This document shows positions 47,683-56,716 of a stretch of 64,000 nucleotides of DNA, one piece after another. Each line of letters begins with the position of its first letter. Positions within the stretch are counted from its first letter, which is position 1. The notes under the pieces were generated by a model. That model saw nothing but the letters and a program-made list of their open reading frames with translations. It did no database searches and was not told the origin of the DNA. The stretch spans positions 34,076 to 98,075 of the forward strand of contig CAYOSF010000005.1 in NCBI GenBank assembly GCA_964406605.1, in the 5' to 3' direction. The position numbers and the translations under genes were made by a program. This DNA comes from an uncultured Dehalococcoidia bacterium. Lineage in GTDB: Bacteria > Chloroflexota > Dehalococcoidia > DSTF01 > RBG-16-68-14.

Positions 47683-48447
47683 TCATCCGGCCAGCTTGAA
47701 GTGATGGCACCACGGTCCTTCGAGGAGGTTGTCTACCCTCCGCAGCAGGATATCGCTATGCCTTTCACTGGGGAGTAAGAAGAACGTTCTGAGAGCCCAG
47801 CGGCGGAACAGCAACGGTATGACGACGCCCGCCCCAAGCCAGCGCTTGATTTGCGATATGCGTTCGCCTATCTGATCCTTGATGGGCTTCGTGTGGTCGG
47901 AGTGCTGGTAGATGACGATGCTCTGGTTCCTGCGAACGCACGGGAGCAGCTCCTCATAGAAGACGTACTTGGGCCCCGCCTTGTGCTGCGGCCGAGTACC
48001 TACCTCAAGACCGATATCGGGATCCACAAAGACCATGTCACAATCCTCTGTGAGGCGGTGTGCCTCGGTTACCCACTGTTTCCTGTGAGCGAGCCGAGAG
48101 TCGGGCGTGGCATTGTTGCCATGGATGTCGAGAGGCACTTCGTAGAAGACCGTGACCGATGGGAGAATGCCGCTATCCCGAACGCTCGTAACGCTTCTCC
48201 GGTTGGAGCGGACTATCTTCCCAAGGGCATCAAACAGCGGCTCGTCGCAAGACCTGAACTCTTCTGGTCTGCTCAGGTAGTCCGTGAACTTGCCTGCGCC
48301 GGGCGGGTTCAGATCGTCTGTGGTCAGATACCAGAGCACGCCCAGAGAGAGTGCTGGTTTGCCATCAGACGGCTGCGGCGATGTCAAGGCTCTGAGCAGC
48401 CCATACTTGCCGAAATCGCCGATGTCGCCGACGAATCTGTCCTGCAA
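47683..48447 (-). CDS. hypothetical protein, RlmJ-like (N6-adenine methyltransferase-fold?) with atypical motifs; lower-GC insertion
   Basis: N-terminal FVGDIGDFGKYGLL resembles RlmJ FHAGNHADVLKH; VFVDPDIG resembles motif IV ILIDPPYE but lacks aromatic residue. Confidence 0.35.
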   Translation of the reverse strand: MQDRFVGDIGDFGKYGLLRALTSPQPSDGKPALSLGVLWYLTTDDLNPPGAGKFTDYLSRPEEFRSCDEPLFDALGKIVRSNRRSVTSVRDSGILPSVTVFYEVPLDIHGNNATPDSRLAHRKQWVTEAHRLTEDCDMVFVDPDIGLEVGTRPQHKAGPKYVFYEELLPCVRRNQSIVIYQHSDHTKPIKDQIGERISQIKRWLGAGVVIPLLFRRWALRTFFLLPSERHSDILLRRVDNLLEGPWCHHFKLAG

Positions 48448-48450
48448 CCT

Positions 48451-49653
48451 CTACGTCTCCGTCGTCTCTTCCTCGGCTGGAGGGACGGCCTCTCCGCCGC
48501 GCGGCCCTATCGTCTCCAGGTAGGCCCTGTAGTTGCGCAGCGTCTCCTCGATGTGGTCGCCGCCGAACTTCTCCAGGCAGGCACCGGCTATCACCATCGC
48601 CACGAGCGCCTCGCCGATGACGCCAGCGGCGGGAACGACGCAGACGTCGCTGCGCTCGAAGTGGGCCGGTATCTCCTCGCCGGTGCGCAGATCGACGGAC
48701 GGCAGGGAGCGGTGGAGCGTGGCGATGGGCTTGAGCGCGGCCCTCACCACCAGGTCTTCGCCGTTGGTCATGCCGCCTTCGGTGCCGCCCATGCGGTTGG
48801 TCGCGCGCCGCCAGGGCCGTTCGCCCCACTGGTCGATGGGCAGGATCACGTCGTGGACCTGGGAGCCTCGCTGGCGGGCGCCCGCGAAGCCGGCGCCGAT
48901 CTCCACACCCTTGACCGCATTGAGGCTCATCATGGCCTGCGCCAACCGCCCATCGATCTTGCGGTCCCAGTGGACGTGGCTGCCCAGGCCGATAGGCACG
49001 TTCGCCGCGCGCACCTCGATGACGCCGCCGAGGCTGTCGCCGTCTTCCCGGGCGGCATCGATAGCGGCGATCATGCGCGGCTCGGCGTCGGCATCGGCGC
49101 AGCGCACGACGGAGGCTTCCACCGCGTCCCAGTCCGGCTCGCCTTCCACCTGCGCGTCGATACCGTCGATGGCGACGGTGTGGCTGTGAACCGTGACTCC
49201 GAACTCGTCGAGGAGGCGGCGGGCGACCGCGCCGGCGGCGACGCGGGCCGCCGTCTCGCGCGCGCTGGCGCGCTCCAGAATAGGGCGTACGTCGTCGAAG
49301 CCGTACTTGAGGATGCCGGGCAGGTCGGCGTGCCCGGGGCGCAGGCGTGTCACCTTGTCGACGGGCTCCTCGGGCTCCTCTAACGCCATCACGTCCTGCC
49401 AGTTCGCCCAGTCCTTGTTCTCGATCAGCAGAGAGATGGGGGTTCCGAGCGTCAGGCCATGGCGCACGCCCGACCGGATCTCCGCCCGGTCCTGCTCGAT
49501 CTGCTGCCGCGCGCCGCGTCCGTGTCCGCCCTGACGCCGCCGCAGATCGCGGGCGATGTACTCCTCCGTGAGGCCGAGTCCGGCCGGCACGCCTTCCACG
49601 ATGATGGTCAGTCCCTTGCCGTGGGATTCGCCGGCGGTGAGGTAGCGGAACAT
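48451..49653 (-). CDS. aroC: chorismate synthase
   Basis: ..TAGESHG.. and ..RPGHAD.. signatures; 400 aa. Confidence 0.85.
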   Translation of the reverse strand: MFRYLTAGESHGKGLTIIVEGVPAGLGLTEEYIARDLRRRQGGHGRGARQQIEQDRAEIRSGVRHGLTLGTPISLLIENKDWANWQDVMALEEPEEPVDKVTRLRPGHADLPGILKYGFDDVRPILERASARETAARVAAGAVARRLLDEFGVTVHSHTVAIDGIDAQVEGEPDWDAVEASVVRCADADAEPRMIAAIDAAREDGDSLGGVIEVRAANVPIGLGSHVHWDRKIDGRLAQAMMSLNAVKGVEIGAGFAGARQRGSQVHDVILPIDQWGERPWRRATNRMGGTEGGMTNGEDLVVRAALKPIATLHRSLPSVDLRTGEEIPAHFERSDVCVVPAAGVIGEALVAMVIAGACLEKFGGDHIEETLRNYRAYLETIGPRGGEAVPPAEEETTET

Positions 49654-49662
49654 GTGGACCCC

Positions 49663-50340
49663 CTAGAGAACCCGTTCTGGGCCTTCCCGCTGGCCGTCCC
49701 CGCGGGCGCCGTTGGTGCCGGCTCGCTGCGAGCGTTCGTCGAGATCGATGGGGCGGGCGTCGCCCTCGGTGCCGAGCCGGTAGCGCGCCCCCAGCATTTC
49801 GGCGATCACCTCGGGCGGGTCATTCTCCCAGTCGATCTCCGCGGCGGCGGAGCGGTGGGCCAGCGTGGTCAGAATACGGCTCTGGCTGACCTTGCCCGCC
49901 GCGTCGCCGAGCACCGTGTAGATGTCGATCTGCACCCGCTCCGGCCGCACGTGCGGGACATCGTAGAAGAACCGTTCCGCCAGCGCGGCCGTGATCCGTT
50001 TTCCTTCGTCGAGGGCGCTGCTCACCTGCCGGCGCGCGCCGCCGACCAGAGCGAACTGCGGCTCGGCCGTGCTGGAGAGGTGAATCTGGTCACGTCCCGC
50101 CTCCACCAGTTGAACGCCCTGGACGCCCGCCCAGACGGTCGTCGATATGCCCTGCGGCGGCCCTTCCGAGCGCCAGCGCAACAGCTCGACCTGGATGAGC
50201 TGGGTGATCATCTCGATGTCGCCCTCCTCGACCTTGCTCCGCCAGAAGCGATGCGTTCGCGTCTCCTTGAACATGAAGAAACCGAAGACGGCGAAGAGGA
50301 GTGCGATGATGAGGATGCCTACGCCGATGCCCCAGGACAT
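49663..50340 (-). CDS. hypothetical membrane-anchored protein
   Basis: Single N-terminal TM helix GVGILIIALLFAVFGFFMF then soluble domain; sits between aroC and aroE. Confidence 0.4.
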   Translation of the reverse strand: MSWGIGVGILIIALLFAVFGFFMFKETRTHRFWRSKVEEGDIEMITQLIQVELLRWRSEGPPQGISTTVWAGVQGVQLVEAGRDQIHLSSTAEPQFALVGGARRQVSSALDEGKRITAALAERFFYDVPHVRPERVQIDIYTVLGDAAGKVSQSRILTTLAHRSAAAEIDWENDPPEVIAEMLGARYRLGTEGDARPIDLDERSQRAGTNGARGDGQREGPERVL

Positions 50341-50343
50341 GAG

Positions 50344-50889
50344 CTAGATCCTCCTCCGGGCGAGCACAAGCCCACCGAGCACGAGTGCAGAGCCGAAGGC
50401 CAGCAGAGCGGCCAGCGCGGGGACGGCGGGACTCCAAGAGGCCCCTGAAGGACCGTTGCCTGCGGCCGCGATCTCGTCGGGCGTGCAGAACTGGTCAGCC
50501 GTGACAGCGAATCCGTCCGTGATGAAGACAAGCCCGTCGTCGTTCACAGCCTCCAAGGTGACCTCGAAGCCCTTCCGCCAGGTCAGACTCTCGTTCTCCG
50601 CCAAAGGAAACGTGTAGCTCGTAGTGTTGGCGGCCAACACTTCCGAGAACTCCACAGTCTCTGACAGGATGTCCCCGCCACTTGTGCAAGACGGAGGCGG
50701 GGAGTAGGTGACCAATCCGAATATTCGGTACTCCACCTCGCGATCCTGATCCCTCCATGTCACGCCGCCGTCTGCTGGCTCGAAGTCAAGTGGTCCGACC
50801 GGGCCGCTCTGGGCGGCCGCATGGTCCGATCGGGGCACGCCAAGGGCGAGGAGCGCAAGCGCGAGAAGCGCTGCCATTCGCGGGATCAT
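50344..50889 (-). CDS. hypothetical exported protein with signal peptide and C-terminal TM anchor
   Basis: N-terminal MIPRMAALLALALLALG.. and C-terminal ..LAALLAFGSALVLGGLVLARRR. Confidence 0.4.
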   Translation of the reverse strand: MIPRMAALLALALLALGVPRSDHAAAQSGPVGPLDFEPADGGVTWRDQDREVEYRIFGLVTYSPPPSCTSGGDILSETVEFSEVLAANTTSYTFPLAENESLTWRKGFEVTLEAVNDDGLVFITDGFAVTADQFCTPDEIAAAGNGPSGASWSPAVPALAALLAFGSALVLGGLVLARRRI

Positions 50890-51782
50890 GGTGAAGCTTC
50901 CATCCCGGTCAGCGCCTCGCGCCCGGCCGCCAGCATCTCTTGGACGGGCGCGTCCTGACCTGTCCAGAGCCGGAAGGACTCAGCGGCCTGGTAGACCAGC
51001 ATCGCCAGCCCGGAGACCGCGTTGGCACCCTTCTCCCTCGCCAGCTTAACCAGCGGCGTCTCCAGCGGGTTGTACACCAGATCGAACACCACCGCGCCGT
51101 CCGGTAGTTGCGCCGGCGTGAGGGGACTCCGGCCCTCGGTCTCGGTGCCCTTCATGCCGACCGGGGTGCAGTTCACGACCAGGTCGGCCTCGGCAAGGGC
51201 GCGCAGGAACACGCCGTCCAGCCAGTCCGTGGCAGCGAATTCCGCGTTGCGGCCTGCAATGCTCCCCATGTCGGCGGCGAATCTCTCCAACTGCTCCGGG
51301 ATGGGCCCGGTTACGGCTATGGTGGACGCACCCCCGTCGATCAGCGCGAGGACGACCGCGCGCGCGGCGCCGCCCGCCCCCAACACCGCCGTGCGCTTCC
51401 CCTTGGGGTCGAATCCGGCATCCTCGCGCAGCGCACGGGCGAAACCCCACACGTCGCTATTGTAGCCGACGAGGTCGCCGCCCTCGTTGGCGATGGTATT
51501 GACCGCGCCGATACGCTTTGCGCCACTGTCCACCCGCTCGAGCATGGGTACCACCGCCTCCTTGTGAGGGATGGTGACGTTGGCGCCCAGCGCGTCGTCC
51601 TCCCGCAGGCTGTGGACGCGCGCTTCAAGCTCCTCGGGTGACGTCTGCCATGCCTCGTACGTGGCTTCGACGCCGCAGGCCCCGAAGGCAACCTGAAAGA
51701 GCGTCGGGCTCAGAGAGTGCCCGATCGGGAAGCCGATAACGCCTGCGCGCTTCACCAGCGGGTTTGCTCCTGCTAGCCGCAC
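50886..51782 (-). CDS. aroE: shikimate dehydrogenase
   Basis: ..GVIGFPIGHSLSP.. substrate motif and ..VLGAGGAARAV.. NADP motif. Confidence 0.75.
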   Translation of the reverse strand: MRLAGANPLVKRAGVIGFPIGHSLSPTLFQVAFGACGVEATYEAWQTSPEELEARVHSLREDDALGANVTIPHKEAVVPMLERVDSGAKRIGAVNTIANEGGDLVGYNSDVWGFARALREDAGFDPKGKRTAVLGAGGAARAVVLALIDGGASTIAVTGPIPEQLERFAADMGSIAGRNAEFAATDWLDGVFLRALAEADLVVNCTPVGMKGTETEGRSPLTPAQLPDGAVVFDLVYNPLETPLVKLAREKGANAVSGLAMLVYQAAESFRLWTGQDAPVQEMLAAGREALTGMEASP

Positions 51783-52858
51783 TCGGGCCGGGTCGGATCG
51801 ATCTCACACACGTTGCGGTTGTGCTCCTCCAGCGTCTCGGCGAAGATGTGGCTGCCGTCGGGCCGCGCAACGAAGAACAGGTAGTTCGTCTCGGCCGGCT
51901 GCAGGACGGCCATGATCGAATCGAGTCCCGGGCTGGCAATCGGCCCCGGCGGCAGACCCACGTTGACGTAGGTATTATACGGCGAGTCCACTTCCAGGTC
52001 AGCGAGCGTGAGATCGCTCTTCCAGTAGCCGAACTCTTGAACGCTGGTCGGGTCGCTGCCCAGGGCGTACTGAACGGTGGGATCCGCCTGCAGCGGTAGG
52101 CCCAGATCGAGCCGGTTGAGAAAGACGCTGGCGATGATCGGCCGCTCCTCCGCGACCTGAGCCTCACGCTCGACGATTGAGGCGAGGATGACGGCTTCGT
52201 ACAGATCGATATCTCCTGTGGAGAGGGAAGGCAGGATGGTCTCCCGGTAGCGCTGATCGAAGGCGTTGAGGAGCTTCTGAACGACCTCGTGCCCGCTGGT
52301 GTCCCGAGAAAAGCCGTACGTGGCGGGAAAGAGGAATCCCTCCAGCGCGGCGTCAGGCGGCAGCTCGCTCAGGAACGTTGCCTCGTAGATGTCGCCCAGC
52401 GCACGTTGAAAGTCGCCGGCAGAGACGATGCCGCGGCTCTCCAGCAGGTCGCCGACCTCCTCAGCCCGCAGGCCCTCCGGAATGGCGACGACCATGGGGG
52501 CGGTCACTCCCTGGCTGATCCGACGGATGGCGGTGAGGGCCGTCTCTCCTCGCTCGAACTCATAGTCGCCCGCCACCATGTCGTCTCCCACGCCCATGAG
52601 CGAGGCAAGGACGCGGAAGAGGCGGGCGCTCTGGATCACGCCTGCGTCCTCCAATGCCTCACCTATCTCGCGGGCGCTGGCCCCCTCGGGCACGGGGACT
52701 ATGACGGTCTCGCCGCCGGGTTCGCGCGTCGGGCCCAGGCGAGGTGGCTCCTCGTTGACGAGGGCGCCCGGGGTGCCCGAGAGCAGCCACACGCCGACCC
52801 CGAGCAGCACGAGCAGGCCCAGGGCCACGACAGCCGGGACGGCGCGATTGGCCCTCAT
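51773..52858 (-). CDS. mltG: endolytic murein transglycosylase MltG (YceG family)
   Basis: N-terminal TM, ..IVEREA.. catalytic Glu motif and YceG-like pattern. Confidence 0.7.
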   Translation of the reverse strand: MRANRAVPAVVALGLLVLLGVGVWLLSGTPGALVNEEPPRLGPTREPGGETVIVPVPEGASAREIGEALEDAGVIQSARLFRVLASLMGVGDDMVAGDYEFERGETALTAIRRISQGVTAPMVVAIPEGLRAEEVGDLLESRGIVSAGDFQRALGDIYEATFLSELPPDAALEGFLFPATYGFSRDTSGHEVVQKLLNAFDQRYRETILPSLSTGDIDLYEAVILASIVEREAQVAEERPIIASVFLNRLDLGLPLQADPTVQYALGSDPTSVQEFGYWKSDLTLADLEVDSPYNTYVNVGLPPGPIASPGLDSIMAVLQPAETNYLFFVARPDGSHIFAETLEEHNRNVCEIDPTRPECG

Positions 52859-53364
52859 GGCTCGGTGGCGGACGGCGTATCCGGGCGGTGCCGGTCCAGG
52901 TAGCTCTGCAGGATGATGGCGGCCGCCAGGTCATCCTCCGGTTCGCGGCGCTTCTTGGCGCCCCTCGCCAGGCGCTTTCTAGGGCCGACCCGGGCTCTCG
53001 CCGCCTGCACTGATGTCAGGCGCTCATCCCAGAGCTCCAGCGGCAGGCCGCTGGCGGCCGCGAGCCGGGCGGCGAAGGCACGCACCCGATGCGCTTGGGG
53101 GCCGGCGGAACCGTCGAGTGAGAGCGGGTCACCCACTACCAGCGCGACGGCGTCCTCGTCTCGGGCGAGCTGCGTGATAGTCCGCGTGTCGGCCTCGTCG
53201 CCGCGACGCTCGAGAACGCGCAGAGGAACGGCCAGGCGGCCCTCGGGCGCGGAGATCGCGACGCCGATGTGCCGTTCCCCCACGTCCAGTCCCACGATAC
53301 GCCCCACGTCACCTATCGCTTCTACCTTGCGGTTCCGCCCCTCCGGGCGTCTGAGTGTGCACAT
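52855..53364 (-). CDS. ruvX: Holliday-junction resolvase-like RuvX/YqgF
   Basis: ..IVGLDVGERHIGVAIS.. motif; true start probably a few codons into track ORF (GTG at VGRIVGLD). Confidence 0.6.
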   Translation of the reverse strand: MCTLRRPEGRNRKVEAIGDVGRIVGLDVGERHIGVAISAPEGRLAVPLRVLERRGDEADTRTITQLARDEDAVALVVGDPLSLDGSAGPQAHRVRAFAARLAAASGLPLELWDERLTSVQAARARVGPRKRLARGAKKRREPEDDLAAAIILQSYLDRHRPDTPSATEP

Positions 53365-53479
53365 TATAGACGGGGCGGGTCTGCGGGTCGAGGTTTCCGG
53401 GTTACGCCATCCGCCGGACTGGCGCCTGCAGAACCATTCGCCGCCGGACGATACCTCTCTTGAAGCATGTGAACGCGAC

Positions 53480-53509
53480 TTGACAGGCCGCCATGGCCGC
53501 CGCTACCAT
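53480..53509 (+). promoter_or_regulatory. putative sigma70-type promoter TTGACA-18-TACCAT about 250 nt upstream of glmU
   Basis: Read directly; orientation matches glmU. Confidence 0.3.
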
Positions 53510-53762
53510 GCATTCCAGCCTCCGGGACGTTTGCGCCAAGAGCGGCCGGATGGCTCGATAGATGAGACAATCTTCGGTGGAACGATCAGACGACGAACCT
53601 CCTCCAGATAGGCCCCCTTTCACTGCTCTAACCGGACGGACAGCTCGCGACCGACGAGCCGTCACGCCGGTTTCAGCTCGATATCCCTTCATGATTGGTG
53701 ATTGATCTGCGTCGGGCCCGTCCGGCCCGGAATGCCGCGGCCGGCGGTGTCCGCTCCTTTCG

Positions 53763-55136
53763 ATGAGCCATACCCTCGATAGATGGACAGCGGTGATCCT
53801 GGCGGCGGGCCAGGGGAAGCGCATGCGCTCGTCTCTGCCGAAGGTGCTTCATGCCCTGGCGGGCCGGCCGATGGTGCGCTACGTCCTCGACGCTGCTCGG
53901 GAGGCGGGCGTCGGCCGCTGCGTCGTCGTGGTTGGACCGGAGGCCGACAGCGTGCGGTCCGCGGTGGGGGACGGCGCGGAGTGCGTAGTGCAGCCGGAGC
54001 CGCTGGGTACCGGCGACGCCGTCGCTCAGGTTAAGCAGGCCGCGGGCGACGCGGAGCAGCTCTTGGTGCTGAACGGTGACGTGCCGCTCATCACACCCGC
54101 GACGATTCAGCAACTGGCGCGGCTCCACGAGGAGGGGGCTGCCGACCTGACCTTCCTCACGGCGAAGGTGGAGGACGGAAGCGGCTACGGCTGTGTGGAG
54201 CGTGACGGACACGGCCAGGTCACCGGAGTGGTGGAGGCGCCCGAGCGCGAGGGGGCCGCGGAAGGCCCGGCCGAGATCAACTCCGGGCAGTATTGCTTTC
54301 GTGCCGCCTGGCTGTGGGCGAACCTGGCGTCCATACCGGAGGCGGGCAACGGAGAGTACTACCTGACTTCCTTGGTGCCGATCGCGGTCCGGGAGGGCGC
54401 CACTCTTCTCCCGGTGCCCGCTGTCGATCCCGACGAAGTGCGGGGCATCAACGACCGCGCGCAGCTCGCAGAAGCCGAGGCGCTGCTGCGCCGGCGCATC
54501 AACCGGCGACACATGCTGGCAGGCGTTTCTCTGGTGGACCCGGCGACGGCGTACATCGATGCCGACGCGGTCATCGGGCGCGATACGGTCGTCGAGCCGA
54601 ATACGCGCGTTCAGGGCCGCACGGTCGTCGGCGAGGGCTGCCGCCTGGGTCCCGACAGCACGCTGCGTGACGCCACGATCGGCGATAGCTGCCAGGTCGT
54701 GGCCTCCACGGTGGAGGAGGCGACGCTGGAGGACGAGGTAGACGTCGGCCCGTACAGCCATCTGCGGGCGGGCGCCTATCTGTGCGCGGGCGCGTACGTC
54801 GGCAACTTCGCGGAAGTGAAGAACTCACGGCTGGGCCGGGGCGTCAAGATGGGCCACTTCAGCTACATCGGCGATGCCGACGTGGGCGAGGAGACGAACA
54901 TCGGCGCCGGCACCATCACCTGCAATTTCGACGGCGTGGTCAAGCACAGGACCCTGGTCGGCCGCGGCGCCTTCATCGGCAGCGACACGATGCTGGTGGC
55001 GCCGGTGAAGCTGGGCGACGGCGCCCGGACGGGCGCCGGTTCCGTGGTCACCAAGGACGTACCGCCGGGAGCCGTGGCCGTGGGAGCACCGGCACGCGTC
55101 ATCCGCACGCCGAATGAAGGGCGCGAAGAGACATGA
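53763..55136 (+). CDS. glmU: bifunctional UDP-N-acetylglucosamine pyrophosphorylase / glucosamine-1-phosphate N-acetyltransferase
   Basis: ..VILAAGQGKRM.. and hexapeptide-repeat C-terminal domain. Confidence 0.85.
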   Translation: MSHTLDRWTAVILAAGQGKRMRSSLPKVLHALAGRPMVRYVLDAAREAGVGRCVVVVGPEADSVRSAVGDGAECVVQPEPLGTGDAVAQVKQAAGDAEQLLVLNGDVPLITPATIQQLARLHEEGAADLTFLTAKVEDGSGYGCVERDGHGQVTGVVEAPEREGAAEGPAEINSGQYCFRAAWLWANLASIPEAGNGEYYLTSLVPIAVREGATLLPVPAVDPDEVRGINDRAQLAEAEALLRRRINRRHMLAGVSLVDPATAYIDADAVIGRDTVVEPNTRVQGRTVVGEGCRLGPDSTLRDATIGDSCQVVASTVEEATLEDEVDVGPYSHLRAGAYLCAGAYVGNFAEVKNSRLGRGVKMGHFSYIGDADVGEETNIGAGTITCNFDGVVKHRTLVGRGAFIGSDTMLVAPVKLGDGARTGAGSVVTKDVPPGAVAVGAPARVIRTPNEGREET

Positions 55137-56437
55137 GCGGCGACAGCTGGTTGGGCGTCGTGCTGCTGGTGGCTGCGCTCGTCGTGCTCGTCGTCGTCAC
55201 GGCGGCGGAGGCCGGCGTCGTCTTCGTCGACCGCCTGAGGCTGCGAGCGTTCGCCACCAGGGGCACGCCTGGAGCGGCCTCGCTCGACACACACATCCAG
55301 GAACGGCGCGCCTTGCTCGGGTCGTTGGCGGTTGCCCGCAACACCGCCGTGGTCCTGGGCATCGCCGTCGGCACCTTCCTCGTGTTGCGGGAGACGGGGT
55401 TGACGTGGCTGGCGCTCGCCGCAACGATGGGCGGCGCGCTGCTGGCGCTGGTCGTACTGGAAGCCGTTCCGCGTGTGCTGGTTGCCAGCAGCCCGGAGCG
55501 TTGGGGCGTGCGGTTGCTGCCGGCGATGCGCGTGTTCCGGATCCTCTTTGGGCTGCCGGCGCGTCTGCTCGACCTAGCGGCCGGCGCCCTGCTGAGGTTG
55601 CGTGGCAGAGAGGAACGCGGGGAGCAGCCCGATGAGGCAAGCGAAGAAGAGGAAGAGCTGCTGCGCCTGGTGGAGATGCGCGAGGGGAACGGCGGAGTTG
55701 AGAACGGGGAGCTGGCGATGGTTCGCCGCATCGCCAACATGGTGGACCGCGCGGTGCGGGAGATCATGGTGCCGCGTATCGACATGGTGGCGGCGGAGGC
55801 GGACGCCAGCATGGAGGAGGTGCTCCGGCTGGTGCTTGAGCGAGGCTACAGCCGCATCCCGCTCTATGAGGAGACCATCGACAACGTTGTCGGCGTGGTG
55901 TACGCGAAGGACATCCTGAAGTACTTGGCGGACGGCCGGCGGCCGGCCTCCCTGCGAGACATCGCGCGGCCACCGTACTTCATTCCGGAGGGGAAGCACG
56001 TCGATGAGCTGTTGGCGGAGCTGCGGGAACACAAGATCCACATCGCGATCGTGGTGGACGAGTACGGCGGCACGGCCGGCCTGGCCACCATCGAGGACGT
56101 CTTGGAGGAGATCGTCGGTGAGATCCAGGATGAGTACGACCGAGAGGAGGCGATCGTTCAGCGGATCAGCGATGCCGAGGCGATCATGGACGCTCGGGTG
56201 AGCCTGGACGAGCTGAACGAGCTGTTCTCGCTGCAGATACAGGGTGAGGACTTCGATACGCTGGGCGGCTTCGTGTACCATCAGTTGGGCCGGATGCCGG
56301 CGCCGGGTGACGAGGTGCGGACCGACGGCCTTACGCTCCGGGTGCTTTCGGTGGCCGGCCGCAGGATCAAGAAAGTGCGCGTGATGAAGACGGCGCCGGT
56401 GACGGTGGCGGATGAGGGAGGGAAGGACGCCAGCTAG
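55133..56437 (+). CDS. CNNM/HlyC-CorC family transporter (DUF21 TM domain + CBS pair + CorC_HlyC)
   Basis: N-terminal 4 TM helices, CBS pair, C-terminal transporter-associated domain; start overlaps glmU stop (ATGA). Confidence 0.7.
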   Translation: MSGDSWLGVVLLVAALVVLVVVTAAEAGVVFVDRLRLRAFATRGTPGAASLDTHIQERRALLGSLAVARNTAVVLGIAVGTFLVLRETGLTWLALAATMGGALLALVVLEAVPRVLVASSPERWGVRLLPAMRVFRILFGLPARLLDLAAGALLRLRGREERGEQPDEASEEEEELLRLVEMREGNGGVENGELAMVRRIANMVDRAVREIMVPRIDMVAAEADASMEEVLRLVLERGYSRIPLYEETIDNVVGVVYAKDILKYLADGRRPASLRDIARPPYFIPEGKHVDELLAELREHKIHIAIVVDEYGGTAGLATIEDVLEEIVGEIQDEYDREEAIVQRISDAEAIMDARVSLDELNELFSLQIQGEDFDTLGGFVYHQLGRMPAPGDEVRTDGLTLRVLSVAGRRIKKVRVMKTAPVTVADEGGKDAS

Positions 56438-56679
56438 CCCGGGCGCTGCGGGCGACGGCCGGCGGCATTGGGCCGCTCGGGCGGTGAGCTATCTAGGTGG
56501 GGTCAGGCGGTGGAAGGGTGGCGGGCCGGAAGCTGGGGTAAGATTTCCGTTCGTTCCAGCATGAACGTAGCCCTGCCGTGGCAGTCCATTGAACGTGCTG
56601 GCCACGGAGTTGGCATCGCGACGGCCCCCTGGCAGAAGCCGGTATCCTGAAAGTGGTTCGAGAAAGAGACCTAGGTCGC

Positions 56680-56707
56680 TTACGCATAAAGACAAGTGTG
56701 CTACAAT
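56680..56707 (+). promoter_or_regulatory. putative leaderless promoter for dprA (TTACGC-16-TGTGCTACAAT, 9 nt to ATG)
   Basis: Extended -10 TGnTACAAT read directly upstream of MDRNELQ start. Confidence 0.3.
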
Positions 56708-56716
56708 AGTCGGCCA

